Below the pieces are notes generated by a model, which saw nothing but the letters and a program-made list of their open reading frames with translations, did not search any database and was not told the origin of the DNA. Positions 1 to 10,511 of a DNA stretch of 64,000 bases are shown here, one piece after another. The DNA comes from an uncultured Phycisphaerales bacterium (GTDB lineage: Bacteria; Planctomycetota; Phycisphaerae; Sedimentisphaerales; Anaerobacaceae). Every line of letters starts with the position of its first letter. Positions within the stretch are counted from its first letter, which is position 1. The position numbers and the translations under genes were made by a program. Location of the stretch: contig OY970359.1 of the NCBI GenBank assembly GCA_963718665.1, forward strand, positions 832,001-896,000, given 5' to 3'.

Positions 1-578
1 TCCCTTGTTGGTACCGCCACTATCGTCGCCTCCGGCTTATCACGATCAAGCTGCAGCCAGCCCTGGGTCGTGAAATTCGGATTCAGCGCCAATTGCTGTT
101 TAATTTCCTTAACGCTCTTTTCTGAACCTTTTACCGTAATCTTGTCGCCAACATCCAGGCTGAAATCCGGCAAATCAACCTTGTGTGCATTGACAAGAAT
201 GTGCCCGTGAGTAACCAATTGCCGGGCGGCCTTCCGCGACGGCGCAAAATTCAATTTGTATATCACGTTATCCAGGCGTCTTTCCAAAAGCTGCAGCAAC
301 ATCTGGCCGGTGTTGCCTTTCATCCGTTCGGCCTGGTGGAAATACCGTATAAACTGACGTTCCCAAATGCCGTAGTACCGCTTCACTTTCTGTTTTTCAT
401 GAAGCCGGACTCCGTATTCGCTCGGCCGCCCCCGCCGCCAGCCATGCATTCCCGGCGCCAGATTCTTCTGCTTTTTCTCCACCGGGCATTTCGCCGTCTC
501 ACACCTGCCGCCTTTAAGCATCAGCTTGATGCCTTGTCGGCGGCAATTCTTACAAGATGATCCAAGATAACGTCCCAT
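1..578 (-). CDS. rpsD: 30S ribosomal protein S4 (3' end runs off window; Cys-rich Zn-type N-terminus)
   Basis: Not in ORF track; manual translation from ATG at 578 gives MGRYLGSSCKNCRRQGIKLMLKGGRCETAKCPVEK...; follows rpsK in alpha operon. Confidence 0.95.
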   Translation of the reverse strand, partial: MGRYLGSSCKNCRRQGIKLMLKGGRCETAKCPVEKKQKNLAPGMHGWRRGRPSEYGVRLHEKQKVKRYYGIWERQFIRYFHQAERMKGNTGQMLLQLLERRLDNVIYKLNFAPSRKAARQLVTHGHILVNAHKVDLPDFSLDVGDKITVKGSEKSVKEIKQQLALNPNFTTQGWLQLDRDKPEATIVAVPTR

Positions 579-640
579 TTGTTCCCGCTAAGCTCCTAAT
601 ATATTCTAATTAAAAACATTGTTTCTATTTACCAATAAAA

Positions 641-1022
641 CTACACGCGCCTGCGTTTAGACGGTCTACACCCGTTATGAGGCAGCGGCGTAACGTCTTC
701 AATTGACGATATACGCAACCCCGCCTGCTGCAGTGCGGCAATCGCTGATTCACGTCCCGGGCCGGGGCCTTTCACTCTTACCTCGACCTCGCGGACTCCG
801 TTGCGCATCGCAGTGCTGGCCGCACGCTGGGCCGCCTGTGAGGCGGCAAACGGCGTGCTCTTACGACGCGCCTTTGAAGCCGACGCAACCGGCGGAACTG
901 GTGCAAATCGCGCCGCCTTCAACGTCCGTTATCGTTATCAGCGTATTGTTGAACGACGCCTTTATGTGAACAATCGCCTTTGCTATGTTCTTCCTGACTT
1001 TACGTTTTACCACATTTGCCAT
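641..1022 (-). CDS. rpsK: 30S ribosomal protein S11 (one extra base near 866-869, probable sequencing error)
   Basis: ATG 1022 gives [33 protein letters not shown]...GFKG, then +1 shift into RKSTPFAA...[10 protein letters not shown]...[13 protein letters not shown]. Confidence 0.93.
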
Positions 1023-1063
1023 TATTCAAAAAACTCCGCGAATAAAATTATGAAAATAAAAAA

Positions 1064-1450
1064 CTATCCTCTCATTTCCTTCACGCCCTTCTTCCCGGCA
1101 ACGGTCTTCCTCGGCCCTTTGCGCGTCCTGGCATTGGTCCGTGTCCGCTGGCCGTGAACAGGCAGTCCTTTTCTGTGACGAATGCCCCTGTAACAGCCAA
1201 TATCACGCAAACGCGCGATATTTTGAGTTACCTGCCTGCGAAGCTGTCCGCCGACGACGTAACTTCGCTCGATAATCTGTGTTATTCGGCTCAACTCATC
1301 TTCGGTCAGCTTGCCGGCAGGGGTATTTACATCAACCTTCGCCTCTTTAAGAATTTTCACGGCGGTGTACCTGCCTATGCCGTAAACATAAGTCAGCGCA
1401 ATCCACATCGCCTTCTGATTCGGAATATCAATACCAACTACACGCGGCAT
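1064..1450 (-). CDS. rpsM: 30S ribosomal protein S13
   Basis: [10 protein letters not shown]...[26 protein letters not shown]. Confidence 0.98.
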   Translation of the reverse strand: MPRVVGIDIPNQKAMWIALTYVYGIGRYTAVKILKEAKVDVNTPAGKLTEDELSRITQIIERSYVVGGQLRRQVTQNIARLRDIGCYRGIRHRKGLPVHGQRTRTNARTRKGPRKTVAGKKGVKEMRG

Positions 1451-1491
1451 ATCTGCTCCTTATAAATTGCCTTTGGGCCGTGACCGCCAAG

Positions 1492-1605
1492 CTACCCTTG
1501 TCTCTGTTTATGACGGGCGTTGCTGCAAATCACGCGCACTACGCCTTTACGACGCACAATCTTGCAATTCTCACAAATTCGTCTTACTGAGCTTCTTACT
1601 TTCAT
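1492..1605 (-). CDS. rpmJ: 50S ribosomal protein L36 (Zn-ribbon type)
   Basis: Manual translation [37 protein letters not shown]; between infA and rpsM. Confidence 0.97.
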   Translation of the reverse strand: MKVRSSVRRICENCKIVRRKGVVRVICSNARHKQRQG

Positions 1606-1644
1606 TTCCTAAATCCGCCTTGTAAAAAAAACGACACTAATCGT

Positions 1645-1860
1645 CTAATTTCTCAAAACAATCCGGCCCCTGTTCAGGTCGTATGGCGACATTTCAACCG
1701 TTACCATATCGCCGGGCAGTATCCGGATAAAATGCATCCGCATCTTGCCGGAAACATTCGCCAGAATCTGATGCCCATTCTCGAGCTTGGCCCTGAACAT
1801 CGCATTCGGCAGCGCTTCGAGCACTTCTGCCTGCAATCTTATTGCGTCTTTCTTGGTCAT
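1645..1860 (-). CDS. infA: translation initiation factor IF-1
   Basis: [16 protein letters not shown]...[15 protein letters not shown]...[10 protein letters not shown]. Confidence 0.98.
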   Translation of the reverse strand: MTKKDAIRLQAEVLEALPNAMFRAKLENGHQILANVSGKMRMHFIRILPGDMVTVEMSPYDLNRGRIVLRN

Positions 1861-1863
1861 ACG

Positions 1864-2649
1864 TTATTTTAACTTTAACGTCAAAACTTCACATCCGCGA
1901 CCGGTTATTGCTATCGTATGCTCATAATGAGCCGAAAACTTCCCGTCAGCGGTTACAACTGTCCAGCCATCCTTAAGCGTCCGAACATTGCCAACGCCGC
2001 AGTTAATCATCGGCTCAACCGCCAGAATCATTCCTTCCGCCAGGACTATGTCGTTGGCCAACAGCTCTTTGCTGACGAAATTCGGCACTCTCGGCTCTTC
2101 GTGCATCTGGGTTCCGATTCCGTGCCCGACAAACTCGGTCACAACCGAAAAGCCGGCCGACTCAGCCATTTTCTGCATTTCGCCCGCTATTCTACTCCAG
2201 CGAACTCCAGGGGCCGCCATTTTTATCGCCAAATCAAGCGTCCCTTTGGTGATATTCATCAACCGGCGATGTTCATCGGATATTTCGCCGATAGCGACCG
2301 TAACAGCCGCATCGCCGCAATACCCTCGAAGCCGAACGCCGAAATCGATACTCAGGATATCGCCTTGTTTAAGCGTTACCTGTTTCGATGGTATCCCGTG
2401 AACCACCTGCTCGTTAATAGAAGCACAAATCACGCCTGGAAACGGCATTTTCGCATACGGGCTGCAAACCCCCTTAAACAAGGGTTGTGCTCCCGCCTGC
2501 GCGGTCATATCTGCCGCCACTTCATCCAGGTAAGCTGTGCTCACCCCGGGTCTGGCAATCTCTTGCAATTTTGAAAGAACATCGGCTACAACGACACCTG
2601 CATCCCGCATCAATCCAATTTCACGTCTGCTGCGAAGCGTTATAGCCAT
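1864..2649 (-). CDS. map: type I methionine aminopeptidase
   Basis: CASINEQVVHGIP, DFG..GYCGD, GHGIG..MHEEP, EPM, SAHYEHT metal-binding motifs. Confidence 0.97.
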   Translation of the reverse strand: MAITLRSRREIGLMRDAGVVVADVLSKLQEIARPGVSTAYLDEVAADMTAQAGAQPLFKGVCSPYAKMPFPGVICASINEQVVHGIPSKQVTLKQGDILSIDFGVRLRGYCGDAAVTVAIGEISDEHRRLMNITKGTLDLAIKMAAPGVRWSRIAGEMQKMAESAGFSVVTEFVGHGIGTQMHEEPRVPNFVSKELLANDIVLAEGMILAVEPMINCGVGNVRTLKDGWTVVTADGKFSAHYEHTIAITGRGCEVLTLKLK

Positions 2650-2664
2650 TTAAAAAACCACACA

Positions 2665-3312
2665 CTACGCCAACGGGGCCAATTTACGGAATATCAGGTC
2701 CCTTACGTTTTCTGCTTCTTCGTTGGCGTCAATGTCAAATACAGTATTCTTTCGCTTATAGTAATCAACCAACGGTGCCGTTTGCTCGTTATAATTCTTC
2801 AGCCGGGTTATAACAACCTCAGCCGTATCATCAGGTCGCTGCAAAAGCGAACTACCGTCCTTGTCGCATTTCCCGTCAACACGGGGTTTCAAATTCTCAA
2901 CATGATAAACCGCGGCACATTTCGGGCAAATCCTTCTGCCGGTTATCCGCCGGACAATAATCTTCTCATTCACCTGCAGATTCAAAACCGCGTCTATTTT
3001 CTGTTTCTTGCTCTCAAGCGCCTTGTCAAGGTCCGCCGCCTGCTTGACCGTGCGAGGAAAACCATCCAGCACGTAACCGCCTGCCGGCGCCCTGGCGATT
3101 TCATCAATCATCATATCAATAATAATATCATCCGGCACTAACGCCCCGGAATCCATATAACTCTGCGCCTTTTTACCCAGCACTGTGCCCTTCGCCCTGT
3201 GACGCCTGAGTATGTCGCCGCTTGACAAATGCAGCAAACGATATTTTTCAACTATATACTTGCACTGCGTACCTTTGCCGGCACCAGGAGCACCCAGCAG
3301 CACAATTCTCAT
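2665..3312 (-). CDS. adk: adenylate kinase
   Basis: GAPGAGKGTQ P-loop, LDGFPRT, lid CPKC...CDKD. Confidence 0.98.
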   Translation of the reverse strand: MRIVLLGAPGAGKGTQCKYIVEKYRLLHLSSGDILRRHRAKGTVLGKKAQSYMDSGALVPDDIIIDMMIDEIARAPAGGYVLDGFPRTVKQAADLDKALESKKQKIDAVLNLQVNEKIIVRRITGRRICPKCAAVYHVENLKPRVDGKCDKDGSSLLQRPDDTAEVVITRLKNYNEQTAPLVDYYKRKNTVFDIDANEEAENVRDLIFRKLAPLA

Positions 3313-4673
3313 GAGTACGCTCCTTTTATCCTGCCGGTCTCGCTGAATCCCTCATAGCTGTGCATAAGCAAGCTGGCTTCGATTCTCTGAACGAGGTCAA
3401 GCGAAACACTGACGACAATCAATAGCCCCGTCCCGCCCAAAAACGTTGCCACTCGCCAGTCAACCCCCAGAAGTACCATCACCACCGACGGCACAACCGC
3501 GATTACGGCCACAAATGCTCCGCCATAATATGTTACCCTGGTCATTACCGTCTCAAGATATTCCGCAGTTCTGCGCCCCGGGCGTAATCCGGGAATAAAG
3601 CTGCCCGAATCACGAAGGTTCTTCGCAAGGTCTTTGGGCTGGAACTGAACGGAAACCCAGAAGTATGCGAACAGGAATATCAGAACCATATATATGATGT
3701 TGTAGGTGAACGCGTGTGGGCGCAGCGCATTTTGGAGTGCTATAAAGAACCCTGAGCGCCCAACCGCCTCTATACGTGCCAGTTGAACCACAATGACCGG
3801 CAAAAAGGACATAAAAGCCGAAGCAAAGATAATCGGCATCACGCCGCCGTGGTTTACACGCAAAGGCAGGTAATGTCTCTGGCCGCCATACATCCGGTGG
3901 CCACGCATCATTTTCGCCTGCTGAACGGGTATGCGCCTTTGCCCCTGTGTTATCAGTATCGCCCCTGCAACGACAAACACAAACGCTCCGATAAGAAACA
4001 GAACCTTCGTCGGACCAATGCTGCCAGCAGGCGTAGCTACGTCAAATGAAACGCTTTTCGCAAGCTTGTGTAATGCCCAGGGCATACGCGAGATAATTCC
4101 GGCCATAATAATCAAGCTTATACCATTGCCTATGCCGTATTCGTCAATCTGCTCACCGAGCCACATCAGGAATATTGTCCCGGCGGTCATACCGACGATG
4201 CCCATAATCGCCGCCTGAACTTGCATCCCCGGATACATAAATCCTCGCATGCCCAGCAGACGCATATACATCAATGCCTGAATAATGCAAATCGGCACCG
4301 TCAAGTACCGCGTGTATTCCTGTATCTTCTTATAGCCGGTCTGCCCTTCCTGACGCAGCTTTTTCAACGCCGGCACTACTTCCTGCACCAGCATCAAAAT
4401 AATCGACGCCGTGATATAAGGCATAATACCAAGGCCGAACAAGCTGCTGTTGTCAAGGTTGCCGCCTGTGAACATCTGCATCATTTCGGCCGCTCGTCCC
4501 AGCGGGCTTTCCGTATCACGGGCGCCTGCCGCATCCGCTATCGCATTGATATCAAACCCCGGTATCGGGATATGAAAACCTATGCGATAAATGCACAACA
4601 TGCCCAGCGTGAACAACAGTTTGTTCCGCAAATCAGCTATCTTGAATATATTGACTACTGTTTTAAGTATCAT
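3309..4673 (-). CDS. secY: preprotein translocase SecY
   Basis: SLFGLGIMPYITASII, GIGNGISLII, FIPGLRPG, GGTGLLIVV; start taken at ATG 4673. Confidence 0.97.
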   Translation of the reverse strand: MILKTVVNIFKIADLRNKLLFTLGMLCIYRIGFHIPIPGFDINAIADAAGARDTESPLGRAAEMMQMFTGGNLDNSSLFGLGIMPYITASIILMLVQEVVPALKKLRQEGQTGYKKIQEYTRYLTVPICIIQALMYMRLLGMRGFMYPGMQVQAAIMGIVGMTAGTIFLMWLGEQIDEYGIGNGISLIIMAGIISRMPWALHKLAKSVSFDVATPAGSIGPTKVLFLIGAFVFVVAGAILITQGQRRIPVQQAKMMRGHRMYGGQRHYLPLRVNHGGVMPIIFASAFMSFLPVIVVQLARIEAVGRSGFFIALQNALRPHAFTYNIIYMVLIFLFAYFWVSVQFQPKDLAKNLRDSGSFIPGLRPGRRTAEYLETVMTRVTYYGGAFVAVIAVVPSVVMVLLGVDWRVATFLGGTGLLIVVSVSLDLVQRIEASLLMHSYEGFSETGRIKGAYS

Positions 4674-4718
4674 CGTTCTATCGACCGACAACAATCCTCA
4701 AAATTTGTGAACAGCACG

Positions 4719-5162
4719 CTACGCAACCTGCACCGTTCCTCCGCAACCAGTAATTTTCTGCTCGGCGGCCTTGCTGAACTTATGGGCCGTAACCTGCAAA
4801 CGTTTAGTCAAAGCTCCGCCTCCGAGAATCTTTACCTTGCTTGTGCTTCTGTCTATCAGGCCTACGTCTGAAAACTGCTGTAAACCAACGACGCTGCCGT
4901 CTTCAAATCTCTCTAACTGCGAGACGTTCACAACCTCATACCTATGGGCGAACTGGACGTTACTGAAACCCCGCTTGGGCATACGCCTGAAGATAGGTAT
5001 CTGTCCGCCTTCTCGGTTCCCTGATCTGTCCGCGCCCGACCTGCTCAAGCTACCCTTGTGCCCCCGGCCGCACGTCTTGCCGTTACCGCTGCCAGAACCT
5101 CTGCCCAGACGCTTACGCGATTTATGTTTACCCGCAACAGATGTTATTTGCCACTCGTACAT
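4719..5162 (-). CDS. rplO: 50S ribosomal protein L15
   Basis: RLGRGSGSGNGKTCGRGHKG, EGGQIPIFRRMPKRGF. Confidence 0.97.
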   Translation of the reverse strand: MYEWQITSVAGKHKSRKRLGRGSGSGNGKTCGRGHKGSLSRSGADRSGNREGGQIPIFRRMPKRGFSNVQFAHRYEVVNVSQLERFEDGSVVGLQQFSDVGLIDRSTSKVKILGGGALTKRLQVTAHKFSKAAEQKITGCGGTVQVA

Positions 5163-5168
5163 CTATAA

Positions 5169-5687
5169 TCACCACCTTTTTACCGGCTGCACTTCAACGC
5201 CTCTAAGCCGCTCAATCACTTCCTTGGTGCGCAGCTTCATCAAGCCGTCCATCGTGGCCTTAAGAACATTTTTGGCTGACGTGCTGCCATACACCTTCGT
5301 TAGCACATCCTGAACACCCGCGTATTCCAGCACCGCTCGTGCGCTCAAACCGGCGATAACGCCTGTTCCCGGACTCGCCGGAACTAATGTTACCCGCGTC
5401 GAGCCGAATTTCCCCATCACCTGATGAGGAAGCGTGCGACCCGTAAGCGGAACCTTACGCAGGTCCTTCTTGGCTTCTTTTATGCCTTTTTCCACCGCCT
5501 GCGGAACCTCGTTGGCCTTCGCGTAACCGATGCCGACTGTTCCTGCACGGTCACCAACCACCACCAAAGCCCCGAAGCTGAACCTTCGCCCGCCTTTTAC
5601 TACTTTGGCGCAGCGATATATCTTTACCACCGTATCTTCAAACGGCGACTCTTCACGATCCATCGGTCTACCTGGTTCTGCTGCCAA
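5169..5687 (-). CDS. rpsE: 30S ribosomal protein S5
   Basis: [33 protein letters not shown] start with GGAG RBS. Confidence 0.97.
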   Translation of the reverse strand: MAAEPGRPMDREESPFEDTVVKIYRCAKVVKGGRRFSFGALVVVGDRAGTVGIGYAKANEVPQAVEKGIKEAKKDLRKVPLTGRTLPHQVMGKFGSTRVTLVPASPGTGVIAGLSARAVLEYAGVQDVLTKVYGSTSAKNVLKATMDGLMKLRTKEVIERLRGVEVQPVKRW

Positions 5688-5722
5688 TTTTTTTCTCCAG
5701 AATTACCGTGTTACTATTGTCT

Positions 5723-6088
5723 TTAAAATGCCAGTCCTGCTTTTCTGGCTGCGTCCGCCAAACTTTTTACTCTGCCGTGATATTTATACGATCCTCTGTC
5801 AAAACACACACACTTGATGCCCACGCCCATCGCCTGCTTGGCAATCGCCTCGCCAATTATTTCCGCCGCCTTCTTGTTGCCCGTCTTGGCGATTTTGTCG
5901 CGCAGCGTTTTCGACTTGGTGCTGGCTGAAGCGAGAGTCAGGCCCGCAACATCGTCTATGACCTGGACGTATATATGCCTGCTCGAGCGGAATACCGATA
6001 ATCTCGGCCGCTCAGGCGTTCCATTCAATTTTTTGCGCACATGAAACTTACGTCTCCGTGCGGCCCTTTGTACATTTTTCCATCTCAT
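5723..6088 (-). CDS. rplR: 50S ribosomal protein L18
   Basis: [44 protein letters not shown]. Confidence 0.97.
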   Translation of the reverse strand: MRWKNVQRAARRRKFHVRKKLNGTPERPRLSVFRSSRHIYVQVIDDVAGLTLASASTKSKTLRDKIAKTGNKKAAEIIGEAIAKQAMGVGIKCVCFDRGSYKYHGRVKSLADAARKAGLAF

Positions 6089-6109
6089 TACTTATCAACC
6101 AAACCTTAA

Positions 6110-6691
6110 TTATGCTGTGCCTGAAGTAAATGTCTTGCCGACCTTGCGTTTCACAACTTCACCTGAGAAACGAATTCCCTTGCCCTTATACGGTTCGGGT
6201 GGTCTTACCTTACGCACGTCCGCGGCAAACCTGCCCAGAACGCATTTATCTACCGACGTCAAGGTGAACTTCGCCGGCGTATCATCGCCCCTGGTTGCCG
6301 CCACGTCTATTTTCACTTTAATGCCCTTCGGTATTTCTATATCTATTGGGTTGGCATAACCTACCTGAAGGACCAATTTGCCGCCCTGCTCCTTGACGGT
6401 GTAGCCGGTTCCGAATATTTCGAGCTTCTTTTCGAACCCTTTGCTGACACCTTCAACCATATTGGCCAATATCGCCCGCATCGTCCCGTGAAGCTGCTTG
6501 TCTTCCCGTATCTGCGGGTTCTTGTTACCGACCACGATGTTACCCGTCGCGCTGTCGAGCTTGACTTCTATCTGCGGACGGCAGGCAATTTCAATATTGC
6601 CTAACGGCCCGGAAATCTTGACCTGTCCGCTCTTCTGCTCGAACTTCACGCCGGAAGGAACACTTATTGGTTTTTTACCTATACGACTCAT
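6110..6691 (-). CDS. rplF: 50S ribosomal protein L6
   Basis: MSRIGKKPI start overlapping rpsH stop (TGATG); RPPEPYKGKGIR. Confidence 0.97.
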   Translation of the reverse strand: MSRIGKKPISVPSGVKFEQKSGQVKISGPLGNIEIACRPQIEVKLDSATGNIVVGNKNPQIREDKQLHGTMRAILANMVEGVSKGFEKKLEIFGTGYTVKEQGGKLVLQVGYANPIDIEIPKGIKVKIDVAATRGDDTPAKFTLTSVDKCVLGRFAADVRKVRPPEPYKGKGIRFSGEVVKRKVGKTFTSGTA

Positions 6692-7089
6692 CAACGCACC
6701 GTACAAATTATTTCGCCGCCGATTTTTGCCTGCCGACAGCTCTTATCACTCATCATTCCCTTGCTCGTCGATATTATGGCTATACCCATACCGTTCAAAA
6801 CAAATGGCAAATCATCAACCGACGAATAAACCCGACGACCGGGTTTGCTTATTCTCTTTATTTCTTCAATAACCGACCGACCCGTCTGGTCGTATTTCAG
6901 CGTAATCCGCAATATCCCCTGCGTAGCGTCATCTACCTTCTCGAAGTCCTCTATGTAACCTTCCGTCTTCATCACGGCCGCTATCGACATGCAGACCTTC
7001 GAGGCCCTTATGTTCACCTTCTCGCTCATTATCCGAGCAGCGTTGCGAACTCGCGTCAACATATCAGCTATTGGATCACTCAAGCTCAT
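6691..7089 (-). CDS. rpsH: 30S ribosomal protein S8
   Basis: DPIADMLTRVRNA, ISKPGRRVY, STSKGMM. Confidence 0.98.
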   Translation of the reverse strand: MSLSDPIADMLTRVRNAARIMSEKVNIRASKVCMSIAAVMKTEGYIEDFEKVDDATQGILRITLKYDQTGRSVIEEIKRISKPGRRVYSSVDDLPFVLNGMGIAIISTSKGMMSDKSCRQAKIGGEIICTVR

Positions 7090-7130
7090 ATTTTTTCTCT
7101 TAATTCTCCAGCCGGCTCAACCGGCAACTT

Positions 7131-7316
7131 TTACCAGCTCGCCTTTTTTACTCCGGGTATCTTGCCTTCGTTAGCAAGCTTCCGAAAGCAAATCCGGCAA
7201 AGCTTAAACTTTTGATAAACAGCTCTGGCCCTGCCGCAAATCTCACAACGAGTGTACTTCCTTACTTTGAACTTCGGTTTCGATCTTGCCTTATTAACAA
7301 GGGCCTTCGTTGACAT
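7131..7316 (-). CDS. rpsN: 30S ribosomal protein S14 (short Zn-binding type Z)
   Basis: RCEICGR...LCRICFR...IPGVKKASW, 61 aa. Confidence 0.97.
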   Translation of the reverse strand: MSTKALVNKARSKPKFKVRKYTRCEICGRARAVYQKFKLCRICFRKLANEGKIPGVKKASW

Positions 7317-7357
7317 AGTTACCTGCTAAAAATCCTTAATTTGTTCTATAAATCCGG

Positions 7358-7933
7358 TTAATCCTGATCATCTTTCGACTTCGAATCGGTTTTCAATGCC
7401 TTGAACGGCATACCAAACAGCGCCAGCATACGCCTCGCCTCATCATCGCTCCTGGCCGTCGTTACAAACGTGATATTCATACCCTGCTGAAACTCTACCT
7501 TCACCGGGTTGATTTCCGGGAAAACCGTCTGTTCGCTCAGTCCCATCGAATAAGCACCTCTGCCGTCAAAACCGTTTCGGTTAAGCCCGCGAAAATCTCT
7601 TACCCGCGGTATCGCCAAACTGATAAGCCGGTCAAGAAACTCATACATTCGTTCGCCGCGCATCGTAACCTTCAAACCGGTCTCCTGACCCGCGCAAACT
7701 TTGAAATTCGAGACGCTCTTCTTGGCCTTGCACACTAACGGCATCTGTCCTGTTATCAATGTCAGGTCGGCTTTGGCCAGCTCAATATACTTTTTATCCG
7801 TCACCGCTTTGCCGACGCCCATCGAAACGACTATTTTCTCTAAGCGGGGCACCGCCATCCGGTTCTTATATCCGAACTCTTTTACCAGTTCCCCGACTAC
7901 TTTCGATTTGTATAAATCTTTCAAACGTGCCAT
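7358..7933 (-). CDS. rplE: 50S ribosomal protein L5
   Basis: [32 protein letters not shown]. Confidence 0.98.
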   Translation of the reverse strand: MARLKDLYKSKVVGELVKEFGYKNRMAVPRLEKIVVSMGVGKAVTDKKYIELAKADLTLITGQMPLVCKAKKSVSNFKVCAGQETGLKVTMRGERMYEFLDRLISLAIPRVRDFRGLNRNGFDGRGAYSMGLSEQTVFPEINPVKVEFQQGMNITFVTTARSDDEARRMLALFGMPFKALKTDSKSKDDQD

Positions 7934-7949
7934 CGTTATTTACCGTTGC

Positions 7950-8288
7950 TCATTTCTTTTTCGGATGTCTGATTACGCTTATTTTTGTGCCGTCTTCGGC
8001 CACTCTCAGCTTGCCGCCGTTGCTGCCAACCTCAAAATGAACCCGGCTCGCCTTCGAGGTCTTCGGGTTGACCGGCAAAACATTGCTTACGTGTATCGGC
8101 TGCTCGATATTTATCCGACCGCCTGAAGGACTCTTTCGCGACGGCTTAACATGCTTCTTCGCCAGGTTGATACCCTGAAGGATGACCTTGTTCTCATCCC
8201 GCATCACGCGAAGCACCTTGCCCGTTGTGCCTTTGTGGTCGCCGGTTATCACTTGTACCATATCATCTTTTTTAATGTGCATCGCCAT
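7950..8288 (-). CDS. rplX: 50S ribosomal protein L24
   Basis: IKKDDMVQVITGDHKG KOW motif, EQPIHVSNV. Confidence 0.97.
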   Translation of the reverse strand: MAMHIKKDDMVQVITGDHKGTTGKVLRVMRDENKVILQGINLAKKHVKPSRKSPSGGRINIEQPIHVSNVLPVNPKTSKASRVHFEVGSNGGKLRVAEDGTKISVIRHPKKK

Positions 8289-8301
8289 CTGCTGTATCCC
8301 G

Positions 8302-8688
8302 TTAAACTACCTCGCTTGCCAGCGAGATTATCTTCATATAGTTCTTTTCACGAAGCTCACGGGCAACCGCTCCGAAAATACGGGTGCCTATCGGGTTGCC
8401 TTCGGCGTCAATCATAACCGCCGCGTTGGTATCGAACCGCACGTAACCCCCGTCGGGACGCCTTATCGGCTGCTTGGTGCGGACGATCACGCACTTGTGA
8501 ACCTTCTTGTTATCGAGCTGGCAGGTGGGCAACCACTTCTTTATCGCCACACACACGATGTCCCCGACACTCGCTACCGCACGCGTGAACTTGCCCCTGG
8601 CGCCGCTCTTGCCTAAAACCCTGATGCACTGTGCTACCTTTGCACCAGAGTTGTCGGCTATATTCAACATTGTTTCTTGTTGTATCAT
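8302..8688 (-). CDS. rplN: 50S ribosomal protein L14
   Basis: [30 protein letters not shown]; start at ATG 8688. Confidence 0.97.
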   Translation of the reverse strand: MIQQETMLNIADNSGAKVAQCIRVLGKSGARGKFTRAVASVGDIVCVAIKKWLPTCQLDNKKVHKCVIVRTKQPIRRPDGGYVRFDTNAAVMIDAEGNPIGTRIFGAVARELREKNYMKIISLASEVV

Positions 8689-8702
8689 CTTTTGCTTTCC
8701 AT

Positions 8703-8975
8703 CTATTGTTGCGGCAGTTCCTGGGCCGCTTTCGTTATAATGCGCACGAGGCGCCACCTTTTAGTTTTGCTGTACGGCCTGCACCCGGTAACTTCAACCA
8801 CGTCACCCACGCTGGCAGCATTTTGCTCATCGTGAACAGCCATCCGGGTCTGCCTCTTGAGCGTCTTGCCATACTTAGGATGCCTGTACACATAATCTAC
8901 GGCAACCCTTATGGTCTTGCTGCTGCCCTTGCTTATCACTACCGCTTTTGTCGTTTTTACCTTGTGTTCCTGCAT
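8703..8975 (-). CDS. rpsQ: 30S ribosomal protein S17
   Basis: [28 protein letters not shown]. Confidence 0.96.
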   Translation of the reverse strand: MQEHKVKTTKAVVISKGSSKTIRVAVDYVYRHPKYGKTLKRQTRMAVHDEQNAASVGDVVEVTGCRPYSKTKRWRLVRIITKAAQELPQQ

Positions 8976-8999
8976 CCTTCTGATTCCTTACCGGAGGCC

Positions 9000-9203
9000 T
9001 TATTGTTTTTTGGCCTCTATTTGACGCTGACGTAATACCGTCTTTATCCTCGCTACCTCACGACGTGCGTTAATTGCCGCCCGGCAATCCTGCAGCTTTT
9101 CTGTCGTCGCCTGCGAACGCAAATCAAACACGTGCCGCTGCAATTCCTGCACTTTGCTCTCAAGCTCATCCGTACTCATTTCACGATAAACTTGTGCTTT
9201 CAT
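9000..9203 (-). CDS. rpmC: 50S ribosomal protein L29
   Basis: MKAQVYREMSTDEL...RREVARIKTVL; position between rplP and rpsQ. Confidence 0.94.
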   Translation of the reverse strand: MKAQVYREMSTDELESKVQELQRHVFDLRSQATTEKLQDCRAAINARREVARIKTVLRQRQIEAKKQ

Positions 9204-9213
9204 CTGTTTACCC

Positions 9214-9636
9214 TTATCCAACCGTGCGTCTGCGACGGATTAACCTGCATTTCATCGGCATCTTGTGCGCCACACGCAACAACGCCCGTTTAGCAACTTC
9301 CTCGCCAATACCGCTGACTTCAAACAAAACCGCGCCTGGTCTGACTCGCGCCACCCAGAACGCCGGCTCACCTTTACCTTTACCCATTCGCGTCTCAAGC
9401 GGCTTGGCGCTTACCGGCTTGGCTGGGAATACCCTGATATAAACTTTACCTTCACGCTGTAGATAATGTGTCGCTGCGACTCGGCCGGCCTCTATTGTCT
9501 TGCCTTCGAGCCAGCACTGTTCCAGCGACTGCAAACCGTATTCGCCGAACGCAACATAATTCGCCCTGGCAGCGTTGCATTTCATCTTACCACGCTGGCT
9601 CTTACGGTATTTCACTCTTTTCGGCATCAATGCCAT
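9214..9636 (-). CDS. rplP: 50S ribosomal protein L16
   Basis: LMPKRVKYRKSQRG, ETRMGKGKGEP. Confidence 0.98.
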   Translation of the reverse strand: MALMPKRVKYRKSQRGKMKCNAARANYVAFGEYGLQSLEQCWLEGKTIEAGRVAATHYLQREGKVYIRVFPAKPVSAKPLETRMGKGKGEPAFWVARVRPGAVLFEVSGIGEEVAKRALLRVAHKMPMKCRLIRRRRTVG

Positions 9637-9696
9637 TTTGTAAACCCTACGTTAAAACCTAAATATCAAATCTTTAAAATTACGTATCTTAAACCG

Positions 9697-10485
9697 TTAA
9701 CCTGCCTGAGGACTTCCATCTTCAGTCGGCGCCGCACCGGTATCCGCCGGTGGACGGCTCGCCTGTCTCGGCCTGCTCGAACCTTCGCCGCCGCCCTCGC
9801 CGCGACCGAACGGCTTGCGCCTCGGCGCCTGTTTGACAACAATCGCCTCGCCAAAAAGACCGCGATGCACCCACACCTTGATACCTATCGTCCCGTATGT
9901 CGTCTCGGCACGGGCCTGAGCATAATCAACATCCGCGTCCAGAGTGTGAAGCGGGATACTTCCCTTCCTCTGCGTCTCACGCCGGGCTATTTCGGCTCCG
10001 CCTAATCGGCCTGAGCACAGAATCTTCACGCCCTTCGCGCCGGCGTTCATCGCCGACTCGCAGAACTGCTTCATCGTGCGCCTGAATGACGCCCGTTTGC
10101 AAAGCTGCTCAGCAACCGCCTCGCCAATCAAAAACGCATTCAGGTCCGGGTCTTTAACTTCAACAACGTTGACTGTAACCTTGCGGCCAGTCAACGCTTC
10201 TATTTCTTCACGCAGCTTGTCAACCTCGCCGCCTCGCGGGCCGATTACCACGCCAGGCCTTGCGCTGTGCAGCGTTACTGTTACCTCATTGCGGGTCCTT
10301 ATGATTTCCGTCTTCGCTACGCCGCCCTTGGGCATCTGCCGGTTGAATTTCTTGTCGATGAACTTGCGAATTTTCTGATCCTCAACAAGAAACGTCCCGT
10401 AGTCCGCTTTCGACGCAAACCACGTGCTGTCCCAGCCCCTAGTTATGCCTGTCCTAAAACCTATTGGCGATACCTTCTGACCCAT
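9697..10485 (-). CDS. rpsC: 30S ribosomal protein S3 (low-complexity C-terminal tail)
   Basis: MGQKVSPIGFR, ARPGVVIG KH domain, SGRLGGAEIAR, TYGTIGIKVW. Confidence 0.98.
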   Translation of the reverse strand: MGQKVSPIGFRTGITRGWDSTWFASKADYGTFLVEDQKIRKFIDKKFNRQMPKGGVAKTEIIRTRNEVTVTLHSARPGVVIGPRGGEVDKLREEIEALTGRKVTVNVVEVKDPDLNAFLIGEAVAEQLCKRASFRRTMKQFCESAMNAGAKGVKILCSGRLGGAEIARRETQRKGSIPLHTLDADVDYAQARAETTYGTIGIKVWVHRGLFGEAIVVKQAPRRKPFGRGEGGGEGSSRPRQASRPPADTGAAPTEDGSPQAG

Positions 10486-10511
10486 AGTTTAATTCGCCTT
10501 TAAATCTGCCC

